From contig DATFJD010000175.1 in NCBI GenBank assembly GCA_035269475.1, forward strand, positions 1 to 33,713: DNA of 33,713 bases. Direction: 5' to 3'. This DNA comes from Halalkalibaculum sp. GTDB lineage: Bacteria; Bacteroidota; Rhodothermia; Balneolales; Balneolaceae. The translations under genes and the position numbers were made by a program. Below the pieces are notes generated by a model. It had not been told where the DNA came from. It saw nothing but the letters and a program-made list of their open reading frames with translations, and made no database searches. This document shows positions 1-9,480 of this stretch, piece by piece (positions within the stretch are counted from its first letter, which is position 1; every line of letters starts with the position of its first letter).

Positions 1-2175
1 AAAGTCGGGTGTCGATAGTGAAAAGTTAATTGGCCCTATAAGCGTAAGGGCACCCAGGGATATGCCATAGCCCTGAGTCCAATCAAAATTATCGGGATTC
101 CAGGTACCTGAATCGGATAGATGCGCCGCATTCCACCCACCCTGCAAATAGATGTCACTGCCAAGATGAACTTGCAAAGCCCCGCGTACTGCCGCCAGGC
201 TCGATCCGCTCAACTGCTGAACGGCGTAGCCCCATAACAGTCCATGCCTGTCTGTAAACAGCGGATTTTCTGTTAGCCCCCCCTGGTAAAAACGGTAGTG
301 CAGTGGGAGGTTTGAAGTGCTTGACTGTCCCGCCATTGCCTGGGTTTGTAATACGAGGCCGTCATAGAGCGGGATGGCGGCATCAAGCTTCCCGAAGAGC
401 TGTGAAAAGGTAGCCTCGCTTAAATATCGCTTATCGCTGGCTTCACCGGTAACCTTCAATTTAAGCCCCCTGGTTGAAAAGTAGGGACGATTCAGATTAT
501 TAAATTCCAGGCTCCCGACTGCGGTAAAAAGAAACTGCCGGTCAGCCAGCAATACATTGTTCCCGATAGCCTCGTTCAGTTCGTAGTATTCGGCTTTCAG
601 GCCTGTATTCAGTTCCAGGTAGTTAAAGAGGCGTATTGAGAGGGAAGGCACAAATTCGGCACGGTCAATTTCTATCGTTGCCAGCTGCTGCCCGGAATCA
701 TAATAATCAATAGGCGAGCGGTGCAGGTTTAGATCCGCTTCTGCTGAAATGGCAGGAGCCAAGGAAATCGGTGCTTCATAATGAGTCCCCAGCCCGAGCA
801 CCTCTCCCAGTCTTAGGTTTGAACGAAGCTGATCGCCGAGCCCAAAAATATTTCGTGACTGTATCCCAAATAGCAATGAGGCCTTGTACCGGCTGTCGTA
901 GCGCATGCTGAAGCCCAGCCTGTCAGGTTCATTATCGGAAAAGCTAACGGTAAGATTTTTCCCGCCGGCCGATGTAGGGTCATCCTGAACACGGTATGAG
1001 ATCAGGCTAAAGTGTCCGGTTGCATAGAGCCGGTTTATTTTTCTTTCAATTTCGGAATAGGCAATTTTTTCAGGGGGATTGATATCAAAAATAATCCTCG
1101 CCTGATTAAGAAGCCTTCGATCGATATTCCGGTATTCCACATTGGTAACATTAATTTCCCTTTTACGGTCCGCTATCTCGGGTTTATCTTTCCTATCGGC
1201 CGTTTGCACAGAATCGAGCATGGCTTTGATACGGGGCATCATGGCGCGGGCTGCTTCTTCCCCGCTCTCTATGAGGGCTTCGACCTCCTCATAGCTGAAG
1301 CTCGTGAAATTTTCCATATCCGGACGCAGGTAAAAATCTGCAAGTTCTATCTGCGCTGAATCCGATTTCACCAGGTGAAAGCCTACCGATTGAAAAAGAA
1401 TGTCTACGAAGGTGTCTAAATCCTCGAGTGGCTTTACCGGTTCTCCTACGTCCGACACCAGTACGATATCCGCACCCATGGCACGGGCGTCTTCTGCCGG
1501 TATGCTGCGAATTACACCGCCGTCGATATAGAGCTCGCCATCAATGGAAACAGGCTTAAAAATACTGGGTATGGCGGCACTGGCCCGGATCACTTCCGGA
1601 AGATATCCGGTTTCGAACCTGCGGGGTTCTCCGGTGGATAGATTGGTGGCTACGGCGCCGAATGAAATCGGCAGTTCGGAAAAATCACTTACATCATGAA
1701 AGGGCAGCAACAGCCTGTAAAGCAGCATGGATAGATTTTGCCCCCTCACCAGGCCTGCAGGCAGTTGCGGCAAACCGTCGAGTATCGGGAAGGAGAGCAT
1801 ATAGGTGTCACGGGTAGAAATAAAGGTGCTCAGATCCCGGGAGCTTGGCTTCAGGTTATCATTAAAAAGGGCCTGCCAGTCGGTATTGACAGCTATCTCT
1901 TCAATCTGGGCGGGCGTATAGCCTGCGGAGTAGAGTCCGCCTATTACCGCGCCCATGCTGCTGCCCGTTACAATGTGTATGGGTATATTTTCCTCATCCA
2001 GCACCTTAAGAACTCCGATATGGGCAAAGCCTTTGGCGCCGCCGGCACTGAGAGCGACACCGATTTTACGCGGTGCTTCGGTTTCGCGGTCCGGTGACTG
2101 CTGCTGGGCTGAGCCAGGATATGGCATCAGCAGCAGGAGTATCATTGTAAAACCCAGAATTCTGAATAGCTTCAT
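1..2175 (-). CDS. Patatin-like phospholipase with probable POTRA and C-terminal outer-membrane beta-barrel (PlpD/type Vd-like); 3' end runs off the window
   Basis: Absent from the ORF track (no stop in window). Manual translation from ATG at 2175: MKLFRILGFTMILLLLMPYPGSAQQQ (signal peptide), IGVALSAGGAKGFAHIGVL (oxyanion loop), GSSMG (GxSxG), LYIDGG (DGG). The frame ends at the edge with GALTLIGPINFSLSTPDF, typical of Omp85-type barrels. 725 codons in window. Confidence 0.88.
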   Translation of the reverse strand, partial: MKLFRILGFTMILLLLMPYPGSAQQQSPDRETEAPRKIGVALSAGGAKGFAHIGVLKVLDEENIPIHIVTGSSMGAVIGGLYSAGYTPAQIEEIAVNTDWQALFNDNLKPSSRDLSTFISTRDTYMLSFPILDGLPQLPAGLVRGQNLSMLLYRLLLPFHDVSDFSELPISFGAVATNLSTGEPRRFETGYLPEVIRASAAIPSIFKPVSIDGELYIDGGVIRSIPAEDARAMGADIVLVSDVGEPVKPLEDLDTFVDILFQSVGFHLVKSDSAQIELADFYLRPDMENFTSFSYEEVEALIESGEEAARAMMPRIKAMLDSVQTADRKDKPEIADRKREINVTNVEYRNIDRRLLNQARIIFDINPPEKIAYSEIERKINRLYATGHFSLISYRVQDDPTSAGGKNLTVSFSDNEPDRLGFSMRYDSRYKASLLFGIQSRNIFGLGDQLRSNLRLGEVLGLGTHYEAPISLAPAISAEADLNLHRSPIDYYDSGQQLATIEIDRAEFVPSLSIRLFNYLELNTGLKAEYYELNEAIGNNVLLADRQFLFTAVGSLEFNNLNRPYFSTRGLKLKVTGEASDKRYLSEATFSQLFGKLDAAIPLYDGLVLQTQAMAGQSSTSNLPLHYRFYQGGLTENPLFTDRHGLLWGYAVQQLSGSSLAAVRGALQVHLGSDIYLQGGWNAAHLSDSGTWNPDNFDWTQGYGISLGALTLIGPINFSLSTPDF

Positions 2176-2420
2176 TGCAGCCGTCGATTACCGATTAATA
2201 TGTACTCAATATATTACTTTTATGGGAGCATATTGTTACAGTGCGATGGAGATCGAAAAATAATAATTCGCTAATATCAATCCATTGAGAGCAGGGACAA
2301 AAAGATTACCCAGGGTAATGTGGAAGATAGGCACACTTTACGGAACCGGTATACCTCTCATCGCCATCGAAATGTTCGTTACATATTGGCGAAATCGCCT
2401 TTGAAATTCATAAATATTTG

Positions 2421-2463
2421 CTATTTCACAGAGTTGCACGGAGATAAAATAAGTGGCGCAAAG
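2421..2463. repeat. Partial (single-arm) copy of the decamer CACAGAG repeat family
   Basis: CTATTTCACAGAG-TTGCACGGAG...GCGCAAAG. The 13-mer CTATTTCACAGAG recurs exactly at 5308-5320. Confidence 0.55.
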
Positions 2464-2478
2464 ATAGGTATATAGCAA

Positions 2479-2512
2479 AGCCGGAGATACCACTGGGGGG
2501 GGAGCTCCGGCT
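2479..2512 (-). terminator. Possible intrinsic terminator of the M28 peptidase gene
   Basis: AGCCGGAG (2479-2486) / CTCCGGCT (2505-2512) stem about 30 nt past the stop; long loop and short U tail. Confidence 0.45.
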
Positions 2513-2541
2513 AAAGAATGACTATTACAAAAAGTGCTGGT

Positions 2542-4104
2542 TTACCCGCCACTTCGATCGGCTTTTCTCGGTTCAGGCCAGGTTCGCTGCTCTCCGGTTC
2601 GGGGATTCACTGGCAGAACACGCTTATCGCGCGAGGTCATCTCGGGATCTTCGCTGGCCATGTAGGTTAGAATGGCTGTGAGTATCACATTATTCCGTAC
2701 ATCGTCAAAAACAATTTTATCATAAGTATCACGGTTGGTATGCCAGGTATAATTCCAGTACGACCAACTGAGAGAACTTAAGGAAAACGCCGGCGCTCCT
2801 GCCGCTACAAAAGAGGCATAGTCCGACCCGCCTCCTCCCGGCATCCCGGGGAACTCGGTCTCTATATGCCGGGTAATATCGCGAGGCACCTCCTCCAGCC
2901 AGCTGCCAAGGTAATCATAGGCATGCAGAAAACCCTGTCCGGAAATATTCACCACCCGTCCGGTACCGTTGTCCTGGTTAAATACAGCCTGTACACCGGC
3001 AACAATTTCAGGATGATCTTCCACGAAAGCGCGTGAGCCGTTCAGCCCCTGCTCTTCACTGCCCCAGAGGCCGACCAGAATCGTACGCTTGGGGTTGGGA
3101 TACATTTTCTTCAGGATGCGAGCGGCCTCCATCATGGTGATGGTTCCGGTACCGTTATCCGTAGCACCCGTGCCTCCATCCCAGGAATCAAAGTGGGCGG
3201 AGAGAATGACATATTCATCCGGTTTTTCAGTGCCTTTAATTTCAGCGATCGTGTTGAAAGCCGGAACCATGCCCAAATCCCTGGACTCGGCAACGACCTT
3301 GATTACCGGTTCATCACCGTATTCTACCATTCGGTAGAGCATGCCGTAATCTTCCAGTGCCAGATCAACAGTCGGTATGTTTTCGGTCCGTGCACTGAAT
3401 ATCTTATTCACACCAAAGCCTCTTGACCATCGCGACTGTATGATACCCACAGCTCCTGCTTCTTCAAGCACCGCAATGATGCTCCGGCTGTTATAGCCCG
3501 TTTTACTGATTTTTTCTCGCCATGCCCGGGTCTGCTCTTCACGCTCACGCTTCATCTTTTGAAACGACTCTTCGGTGGCAAATTCCTGCCAGTTATCGTC
3601 AGGCCTTCCGGTAGGTTCCGGCATGGAAACCAGAACAAACTTGCCTTTCACTTTGGGCAGCCATTCCCGGAAAGCGAGAGAATCTGCTACATCCGCAATT
3701 GTCACCATTCCCGCGGTTACGCCCTCTTTAGAAGTACCCGGACTCCAGGCCAGCTGCATGGCTTCCAGGGATACCACTCGCGGTGAAACCAAGTCAACAT
3801 GGGTGATGCCTCGCTCCCATCCCCGCCATTCTCCCCACTGTTCGTTACGTGCTTTAATGCCCCACTCTCCATAGGTATCCACCGCCCAGTCATGAGCCTG
3901 CTGCATTTGGGGCGTGCCCACCAGCCGCGGACCGATGACGTCCAGGAGTTCATGAGCCAGCCTTTCCAGCTGGGAATTTTCATTGGCCTCTTCTACAATT
4001 TCATCAATTACCCGGTCCGTTTGTACTTCCTGTGCGATTACGGCATTCCACTGCCATGCAAGCAGTAAGACAGTCAGTACTGTTTTCACTGGATATTTTT
4101 TCAC
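2542..4104 (-). CDS. Secreted M28 family metallopeptidase (carboxypeptidase Q-like)
   Basis: Signal peptide; SAHFDSW, GATDNGTG, GSEEQGL, NQDNG, SDYASF and WHTNRD motifs; GTG start preceded by AAGGAGA. Confidence 0.9.
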   Translation of the reverse strand: MKKYPVKTVLTVLLLAWQWNAVIAQEVQTDRVIDEIVEEANENSQLERLAHELLDVIGPRLVGTPQMQQAHDWAVDTYGEWGIKARNEQWGEWRGWERGITHVDLVSPRVVSLEAMQLAWSPGTSKEGVTAGMVTIADVADSLAFREWLPKVKGKFVLVSMPEPTGRPDDNWQEFATEESFQKMKREREEQTRAWREKISKTGYNSRSIIAVLEEAGAVGIIQSRWSRGFGVNKIFSARTENIPTVDLALEDYGMLYRMVEYGDEPVIKVVAESRDLGMVPAFNTIAEIKGTEKPDEYVILSAHFDSWDGGTGATDNGTGTITMMEAARILKKMYPNPKRTILVGLWGSEEQGLNGSRAFVEDHPEIVAGVQAVFNQDNGTGRVVNISGQGFLHAYDYLGSWLEEVPRDITRHIETEFPGMPGGGGSDYASFVAAGAPAFSLSSLSWSYWNYTWHTNRDTYDKIVFDDVRNNVILTAILTYMASEDPEMTSRDKRVLPVNPRTGEQRTWPEPRKADRSGG

Positions 4105-4208
4105 TATTGGTCTCCTTTTTTCTTAAATGGTTGGGAGGTAATATACTCAGGCGGGCTTAATATTAAACTGCCGGATTATTAAGGAATGTAAAAAAGGATA
4201 GAGGATGA

Positions 4209-4778
4209 TTAGCGGTTATCCGTATTGATATAAAGCGTGGAATCAATAATCTGTGAACTCACATCGTATTCAATCTTAACTTTTGTCTCGGTCCTGGCGA
4301 GGTACGTTTTTAAATGAGCAATAATCAAATTTTCAATACCTAAATTCGAAGGTAATATACAGCGGGCAAGGCCCATCGTTTCTCCGTTGGGACCTTCCGG
4401 GGAAAGCGCTCTCACCTTCACGTGCTGATATATATTCCGGGCTTGCTCAATAAGGTCATTGGGAAGGTAAACGTAATTTGTATAGTAAAGATATTTGGAA
4501 TTATTCTTTGGATTGGCCCAACTCACAAAACATCCAAATGAGGAAGGTGGCGGAAGATCGTTGCCATCAGGATTGAAACGATCGATAGACCCGGCAAAAA
4601 TATCATCAACGACTTTGGGTCCATATGGGGAGCGATAAGGAACCCGCACAATGGCGAAAGACATTTTTTCCGAGCTATCTCGGATCGCCACATCTTCCAT
4701 AACTATAGAATCATTGCAAGAAAATAGCAGCAGGCCCAGCGCAGATAGTATCAGTATGGAAATGGTTTTCATCAACAT
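4209..4778 (-). CDS. Hypothetical lipoprotein
   Basis: 189-aa ORF with lipobox-like LLLFSC; no family recognised; more AT-rich than the peptidase gene. Confidence 0.6.
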   Translation of the reverse strand: MLMKTISILILSALGLLLFSCNDSIVMEDVAIRDSSEKMSFAIVRVPYRSPYGPKVVDDIFAGSIDRFNPDGNDLPPPSSFGCFVSWANPKNNSKYLYYTNYVYLPNDLIEQARNIYQHVKVRALSPEGPNGETMGLARCILPSNLGIENLIIAHLKTYLARTETKVKIEYDVSSQIIDSTLYINTDNR

Positions 4779-4822
4779 ATTTGATATATCTAAAGGGTTT
4801 TGTTGGGTAAACTATATAATTA

Positions 4823-5197
4823 TTAAAAGAAAATACTCGTGATTTCTTCCAGGACGGAGCGCTCCCGGTATACGCTGATTATCGATAATGTCCAGATAAA
4901 AATATGCAGGAAGATATTCACCCCTTCGACACTGATTCCAACTATCCCTAAAACCGGACCGAAAAAAACCATAAATAAATACTTCACGCCAAACAGAAAG
5001 AGGTATAGGGGTATCATGGTACCCAGAAAAATTATAGCCCAAACCGTATATTTATTCCGGTCTTTCTCATGCTGCTCAGCAATTTCATTCTTCTGATCCT
5101 GAACCTTCAAATCCCGGTTTAGGTCAAACTCAAGCTCTCTTTCTGCCTGCTCTTTCTTTCGCTGCGCTACCAGTTTTTTTCTTTCCTCTTCATTCAT
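4823..5197 (-). CDS. Hypothetical membrane protein (charged N-terminal coiled coil plus 2-3 TM helices)
   Basis: 124-aa ORF; E/K/R-rich N-terminus followed by long hydrophobic stretches. Confidence 0.7.
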   Translation of the reverse strand: MNEEERKKLVAQRKKEQAERELEFDLNRDLKVQDQKNEIAEQHEKDRNKYTVWAIIFLGTMIPLYLFLFGVKYLFMVFFGPVLGIVGISVEGVNIFLHIFIWTLSIISVYRERSVLEEITSIFF

Positions 5198-5307
5198 GTA
5201 AAAGATCCCGCATATTTTTAGGCTCTATTTTTTAATCTAAGTGAATAGTCTTAATAAAGCCAAAGGGAGAATTTTTGTTAACTGAACTGGCAATGGGGAT
5301 TAACATA

Positions 5308-5351
5308 CTATTTCACAGAGCGGCAAAAAGGTGAGGAGAAGTTGCACAAAG
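5308..5351. repeat. Degenerate copy of the decamer CACAGAG repeat family
   Basis: CTATTTCACAGAG...GTTGCACAAAG, matching 2421-2443. Confidence 0.5.
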
Positions 5352-5407
5352 CAGTTCTTTCATAAACGATGACTTTCTCTATCTCTTGAAATCTTGTTTA
5401 ATATAAA

Positions 5408-5447
5408 TAAGGCTTCTGAATAGCTGCGAACAAATTCAGAAGCCTTA
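5408..5447 (-). terminator. Hairpin downstream of the fasciclin gene, likely terminator
   Basis: TAAGGCTTCTGAAT / ATTCAGAAGCCTTA 14-bp perfect inverted repeat, followed by a U-rich tract on the minus strand. Confidence 0.7.
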
Positions 5448-5479
5448 ACTTGTGTCAGTTCTAAATGTCGTTAACCTTC

Positions 5480-6037
5480 CTAGAAAAGGAAAACCTTGTC
5501 AACCACGTGTATGACCCCATTGGAAGCCGGAATAGAAGCCAGGACTTTTGCCCCGTTCACGTAGGTCTCGCCATCCTTGATTTCAACATTCACATACTGT
5601 CCCGTGGCAAGGTAAATTTGGCGGTCTTCAGTAAGCTGTTCTTTCTTGAGCGAAGCGGGAGAGGCATGAGAAGTCAGAATATTTGCCAGTTTCTGCTTGT
5701 TTTCAGGTTTTAAAAGATTATCAACGGTTCCTTCAGGCAAATTGCTAAAAGCTTTATCATTGGGTGCAAACACAGTTAACGGACCGGCATTAACCAGTAC
5801 ATTCTGTATCCCTGCCGCCTCAATTGCTGCAGCCAGTGTCTTATGATCGGGAGAGCTGTTGGCTATCTGAAGAATATTTTTTTTCGAATCTTCATCTTCA
5901 ACCCAAGCCTGCCCCCTGTTGGAAGATGCGATGTTTTCCGTACTTTTTTGATCCTGCTGATTTTTGCTGGTGCATGATAAGGTAACCGACCCGGCTAAAA
6001 TCAAAATCAACAAGAAGTATAAAGGCGTTTTTTTCAT
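5480..6037 (-). CDS. Fasciclin (FAS1) domain lipoprotein
   Basis: Lipobox TLSC; FAS1 H1 motif GPLTVFAPNDKAF and H2 motif ASNGVIHVVDKV. Confidence 0.92.
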   Translation of the reverse strand: MKKTPLYFLLILILAGSVTLSCTSKNQQDQKSTENIASSNRGQAWVEDEDSKKNILQIANSSPDHKTLAAAIEAAGIQNVLVNAGPLTVFAPNDKAFSNLPEGTVDNLLKPENKQKLANILTSHASPASLKKEQLTEDRQIYLATGQYVNVEIKDGETYVNGAKVLASIPASNGVIHVVDKVFLF

Positions 6038-6382
6038 AGCGTCACTGGGTTAAATTGTTATTAGGGAATAAAAGACCTTTTTATCTTTAATTGATATTAT
6101 TCATTCTTTAGCTTTTATTCAACAGAAAGTTTTATTTAGTCAACAACAAGGATATTTGAGGAGGTCACAATGTCACAGTTAATGGCGGGGCCTCCAATAA
6201 AGCTACATAAAGTTGATCACCCGGAAGCTATTAGCAGAATTTCCGGACAACCTTCCTGATTTGGGATGTAACTGCTTTAAATGCTGTGAAATGAATTAAA
6301 ATTAGGTGTGAGATCTTATTATATTGGCTGCCTTGTTTGATAAGGGATATATTCGACAGAATAGTAAAATTAAAGATCAGCA

Positions 6383-8122
6383 ATGAATTATAATTTTTTC
6401 GACCTGCTGCAGCTGGTAGGTTCGCTGGGCATCTTTATTTATGGGATGAAAGTATTCAGCGACGGCCTTCAGAAAGTCGCCGGTAATAAACTTAGAAGTA
6501 TTCTCAAAGGAATGACCAGCACCCGGTTTCGCGGCATATTAACCGGTTTTACTGCTACTACCATCACCCAGTCTTCTTCAACTACAACGGTAATGGTAGT
6601 CAGTTTTGTCAATGCCGGCCTGATCACCTTTCTGGAATCTACGGGGGTTATCATGGGCGCCAATATCGGTACCACGGTTACTGCCTGGATGATCTCAATA
6701 TTCGGCTTTAAGATGCAGATCACCCCTATCGCCGTTATGCTGATAGGTATCTTTTTCCCCTTCATGTTTTTCGGACGGGAAAAACTGCGCAATCTTGCCG
6801 AGGCCATGATCGGTTTCGGGATCCTGTTTATCGGCCTGGACTTTATAAAAAACGGGGTGCCCAATATTCAGGACAACCCCGAAATGTTTATGTTCCTGGA
6901 CCAATTTACCGAATTCGGTTTTCTATCCATCCTCATTTTTGTGCTTGCCGGTACCATGTTAACACTGATAACCCAATCTTCATCCGCGGCTTCAGCCATT
7001 ACTCTCGTCATGCTGTTCCAGGGCTGGATTGACTTTCCCATGGCTGCCGCAATGGTACTGGGTGAAAATATCGGGACGACGGTAACAGCTAATATTGCCG
7101 CTTTGGTTGGTAATGTTTATGCCAAGCGGGCCGCTCGGTTTCACTTCGTATTCAATGTCTTCGGCGTAGTTTGGATGCTGCTCCTTATTCAGCCCTTTAT
7201 CATAGGCATAGATACCGTGATGAGTTATTTCATTCCTGGTTCAGGCTCCATTCTTGCGGCTACCAGTGAGATCGGCAGAGCTAATGCCACCCTGGCGCTT
7301 TCCCTTTTCCATACAACCTTCAATGTGATCAACGTGCTTCTGCTTGTTGCCTTTGTACCGCATATTGTCCGGTTTGTCGAAAAGTATCAAAAGGAGAAGA
7401 AGGATACTCAGCACCGCCTGCAGTACATATCTTCGGGCATGATGTCATCACCCGAACTGTCTATGTCGCAGGCTCATAAAGAGATCGAGCTTTTCGCCAG
7501 GCTGATCGAAAAAATGCACTTCAGCATGCAGGGTTTGCTCTTTAAGAAGCAGAACAAGCAGGAAAAATTTCTGAAGAAGATTGAAAAACGTGAAGGCATC
7601 ACCGACAATATTGAACTGGAAATAGCTGAATACCTGACCAAAATATCCAGCTATAACCTCACAGAGGCAGCAAGCCGCCGTATACGGGGCATGCACAGCA
7701 TGATCAACGACCTGGAAAGGGTGGGCGATATTTATTACCAGATGTCAAAAACATTCGAACGCATGCAAAAAGAGGACAACCATTTACCCAAGTCGGCCAT
7801 GGTTAGAATCCGCAAGATGCTTGACTTGATTTACGAGTCAATACGCAACGTCCGGGAAAACCTGGAGCAGGATAATGGGGCTATTAACCTGGATAAATCC
7901 TTGCAGATCGAAGAGTCTATTAATGATTACCGTGACGAACTGCTTGAGTACCATTATGCTCAGCTTGAAAACAACGTTTATTCAACTAAGGTAGGATTTG
8001 TTTTCCTCGATTACCTGAATCGCCTTGAGAAAATCGGCGACCACCTGTTCAATGTCAATGAAGCCATCGCAGGGGTTAAAGTTAAAGCGGCCTACGAAGA
8101 GGTAGTTGAAGAAAGAAGGTAA
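6383..8122 (+). CDS. Na+/Pi cotransporter (NptA/YjbB family) with C-terminal PhoU-like helices
   Basis: Repeated QSSS motifs, GANIGTT and GENIGTT; DLERVGD and RLEKIGDH PhoU-type motifs. Confidence 0.93.
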   Translation: MNYNFFDLLQLVGSLGIFIYGMKVFSDGLQKVAGNKLRSILKGMTSTRFRGILTGFTATTITQSSSTTTVMVVSFVNAGLITFLESTGVIMGANIGTTVTAWMISIFGFKMQITPIAVMLIGIFFPFMFFGREKLRNLAEAMIGFGILFIGLDFIKNGVPNIQDNPEMFMFLDQFTEFGFLSILIFVLAGTMLTLITQSSSAASAITLVMLFQGWIDFPMAAAMVLGENIGTTVTANIAALVGNVYAKRAARFHFVFNVFGVVWMLLLIQPFIIGIDTVMSYFIPGSGSILAATSEIGRANATLALSLFHTTFNVINVLLLVAFVPHIVRFVEKYQKEKKDTQHRLQYISSGMMSSPELSMSQAHKEIELFARLIEKMHFSMQGLLFKKQNKQEKFLKKIEKREGITDNIELEIAEYLTKISSYNLTEAASRRIRGMHSMINDLERVGDIYYQMSKTFERMQKEDNHLPKSAMVRIRKMLDLIYESIRNVRENLEQDNGAINLDKSLQIEESINDYRDELLEYHYAQLENNVYSTKVGFVFLDYLNRLEKIGDHLFNVNEAIAGVKVKAAYEEVVEERR

Positions 8123-8314
8123 GGCTGATGCCCGGAATTATCAGGCCGGCAAGCCTTGGGCATACCCTCTCCCAAAGTTAGAAGACAGGTTATTAACGCA
8201 GTATTCCCTGTTTCGTAATTGAGCCCTGATATGACGGCCATACCCTTTCTATTAAAAATAGTAAAATCACATTGCGGGAATGATCTGCTTTAAAAAATGT
8301 TTATATTCCCTCAT

Positions 8315-8374
8315 ATGGTGACTCTACATTCACATACCCATTCCCTTCATCATGGTGGCTTCCACCACCAATAG
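8315..8374 (+). CDS. hisL: his operon leader peptide MVTLHSHTHSLHHGGFHHQ
   Basis: 19-aa ORF with 7 His codons, ending 84 nt before hisG. An in-frame upstream ATG at 8297 would add MFIFPH. Confidence 0.85.
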   Translation: MVTLHSHTHSLHHGGFHHQ

Positions 8375-8458
8375 CATATTCATACCCCGCAGCTTTTGCT
8401 GCTGTCCCCTCGATTGTTACCTTAAAACCCTTATTAAACAAATTAGTATAACTTTACC

Positions 8459-9340
8459 ATGCAACGAACTGCCGATTCAGAAACCTCACTACGCATTGCA
8501 CTGCAAAAAGACGGCCGGCTGACCGATAAAACCATTAACCTGCTGGAGGGCATTGGCCTTCAATTTGATAACTACAAACGCAGCCTCATGCTGAAATGCC
8601 GTAACTTTGATGTAGAGCTGCTCTTGATCAGAGACGATGATATTCCCGAATATGTTCAGGACGGTGTCTGTGACCTTGGTTTTGTAGGAGCCAACGTCAC
8701 TGCCGAGATGGGTGCCGACGTAACTACACTGCGGGGACTGGAATACGGCATGTGCCGGCTTTCCCTGGCGGCCAAAAAGAGCGGCGATATAAAATCCGTT
8801 AAAGATTTTGAAGGAAAAACCATAGCCACCAGCTATCCGAACCTGACCCGCAAATTTCTTGAGGGCAAGGGAGTAGAATCAAAAATTGTGACCATCTCCG
8901 GAGCCGTGGAAATTGCCCCGCGCCTGGAAGTTGCCGATGCCGTTTGCGACTTGGTCTCTACCGGAAATACCCTGAGGGCAAACGGGCTGGAAGAGATTGA
9001 AACCATTTTTGAATCTGAAACGGAGCTCATACGAACGAATAAAGATCTTTCTCCCGGCAAGAAAAAGCTGATTGAAAAATTTCTGATCCGTATTGACGGA
9101 CACCAACAGGCAGGGAGAAGCCGCTACATTATGATGAACGCTTCCGAAGAGAATGTAGAAGAGATAAAAGAGATTATCCCGTCGCTCAAAAGTCCGACGG
9201 TTATGCCGCTGGCAGAGAAAAACATGGTGGCCATACATACCGTAATTCCCATCGACAAGTTCTGGGAAGTTATGGAAGAGCTAAAATCTGCTGGCGCAAG
9301 CGGAATCGTGATTTTACCTATTGAAAGCATGATAGTTTGA
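8459..9340 (+). CDS. hisG: ATP phosphoribosyltransferase, long form
   Basis: RIALQKDGRL, RDDDIP, IATSYP, GAVEIAP, DLVSTGNTL, plus C-terminal regulatory domain (GASGIVILPIE). Confidence 0.97.
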   Translation: MQRTADSETSLRIALQKDGRLTDKTINLLEGIGLQFDNYKRSLMLKCRNFDVELLLIRDDDIPEYVQDGVCDLGFVGANVTAEMGADVTTLRGLEYGMCRLSLAAKKSGDIKSVKDFEGKTIATSYPNLTRKFLEGKGVESKIVTISGAVEIAPRLEVADAVCDLVSTGNTLRANGLEEIETIFESETELIRTNKDLSPGKKKLIEKFLIRIDGHQQAGRSRYIMMNASEENVEEIKEIIPSLKSPTVMPLAEKNMVAIHTVIPIDKFWEVMEELKSAGASGIVILPIESMIV

Positions 9341-9356
9341 GGAATGTTTTCGAATA

Positions 9357-9444
9357 GTTATCTCACGGAGTTACGCAGAGAAGCACAAAGGCACTATAGA
9401 CTTCGTGTAACTTTATGCAACTTTGTGAAGCTTTGTGTAATAGC
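9357..9444. repeat. Tandem-inverted decamer repeat element between hisG and hisD
   Basis: Left arm TCTCACGGAG TTACGCAGAG AAGCACAAAG; right arm CTTCGTGTAA CTTTATGCAA CTTTGTGAAG CTTTGTGTAA (reverse complement of nnnCACARAG). Confidence 0.8.
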
Positions 9445-9480
9445 CTTGGATTTATTATCGACTAACAATTATCCAATACG

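Noticed and set aside
1012-2263. + strand ORFs 1012-1359, 1738-2097 and 1955-2263
   Set aside because: Opposite to the patatin gene and without recognisable motifs.
8153-8177. CTTGGG...CCCAAAG hairpin after the Na/Pi transporter gene
   Set aside because: Short imperfect stem without U tail; too weak to call a terminator.
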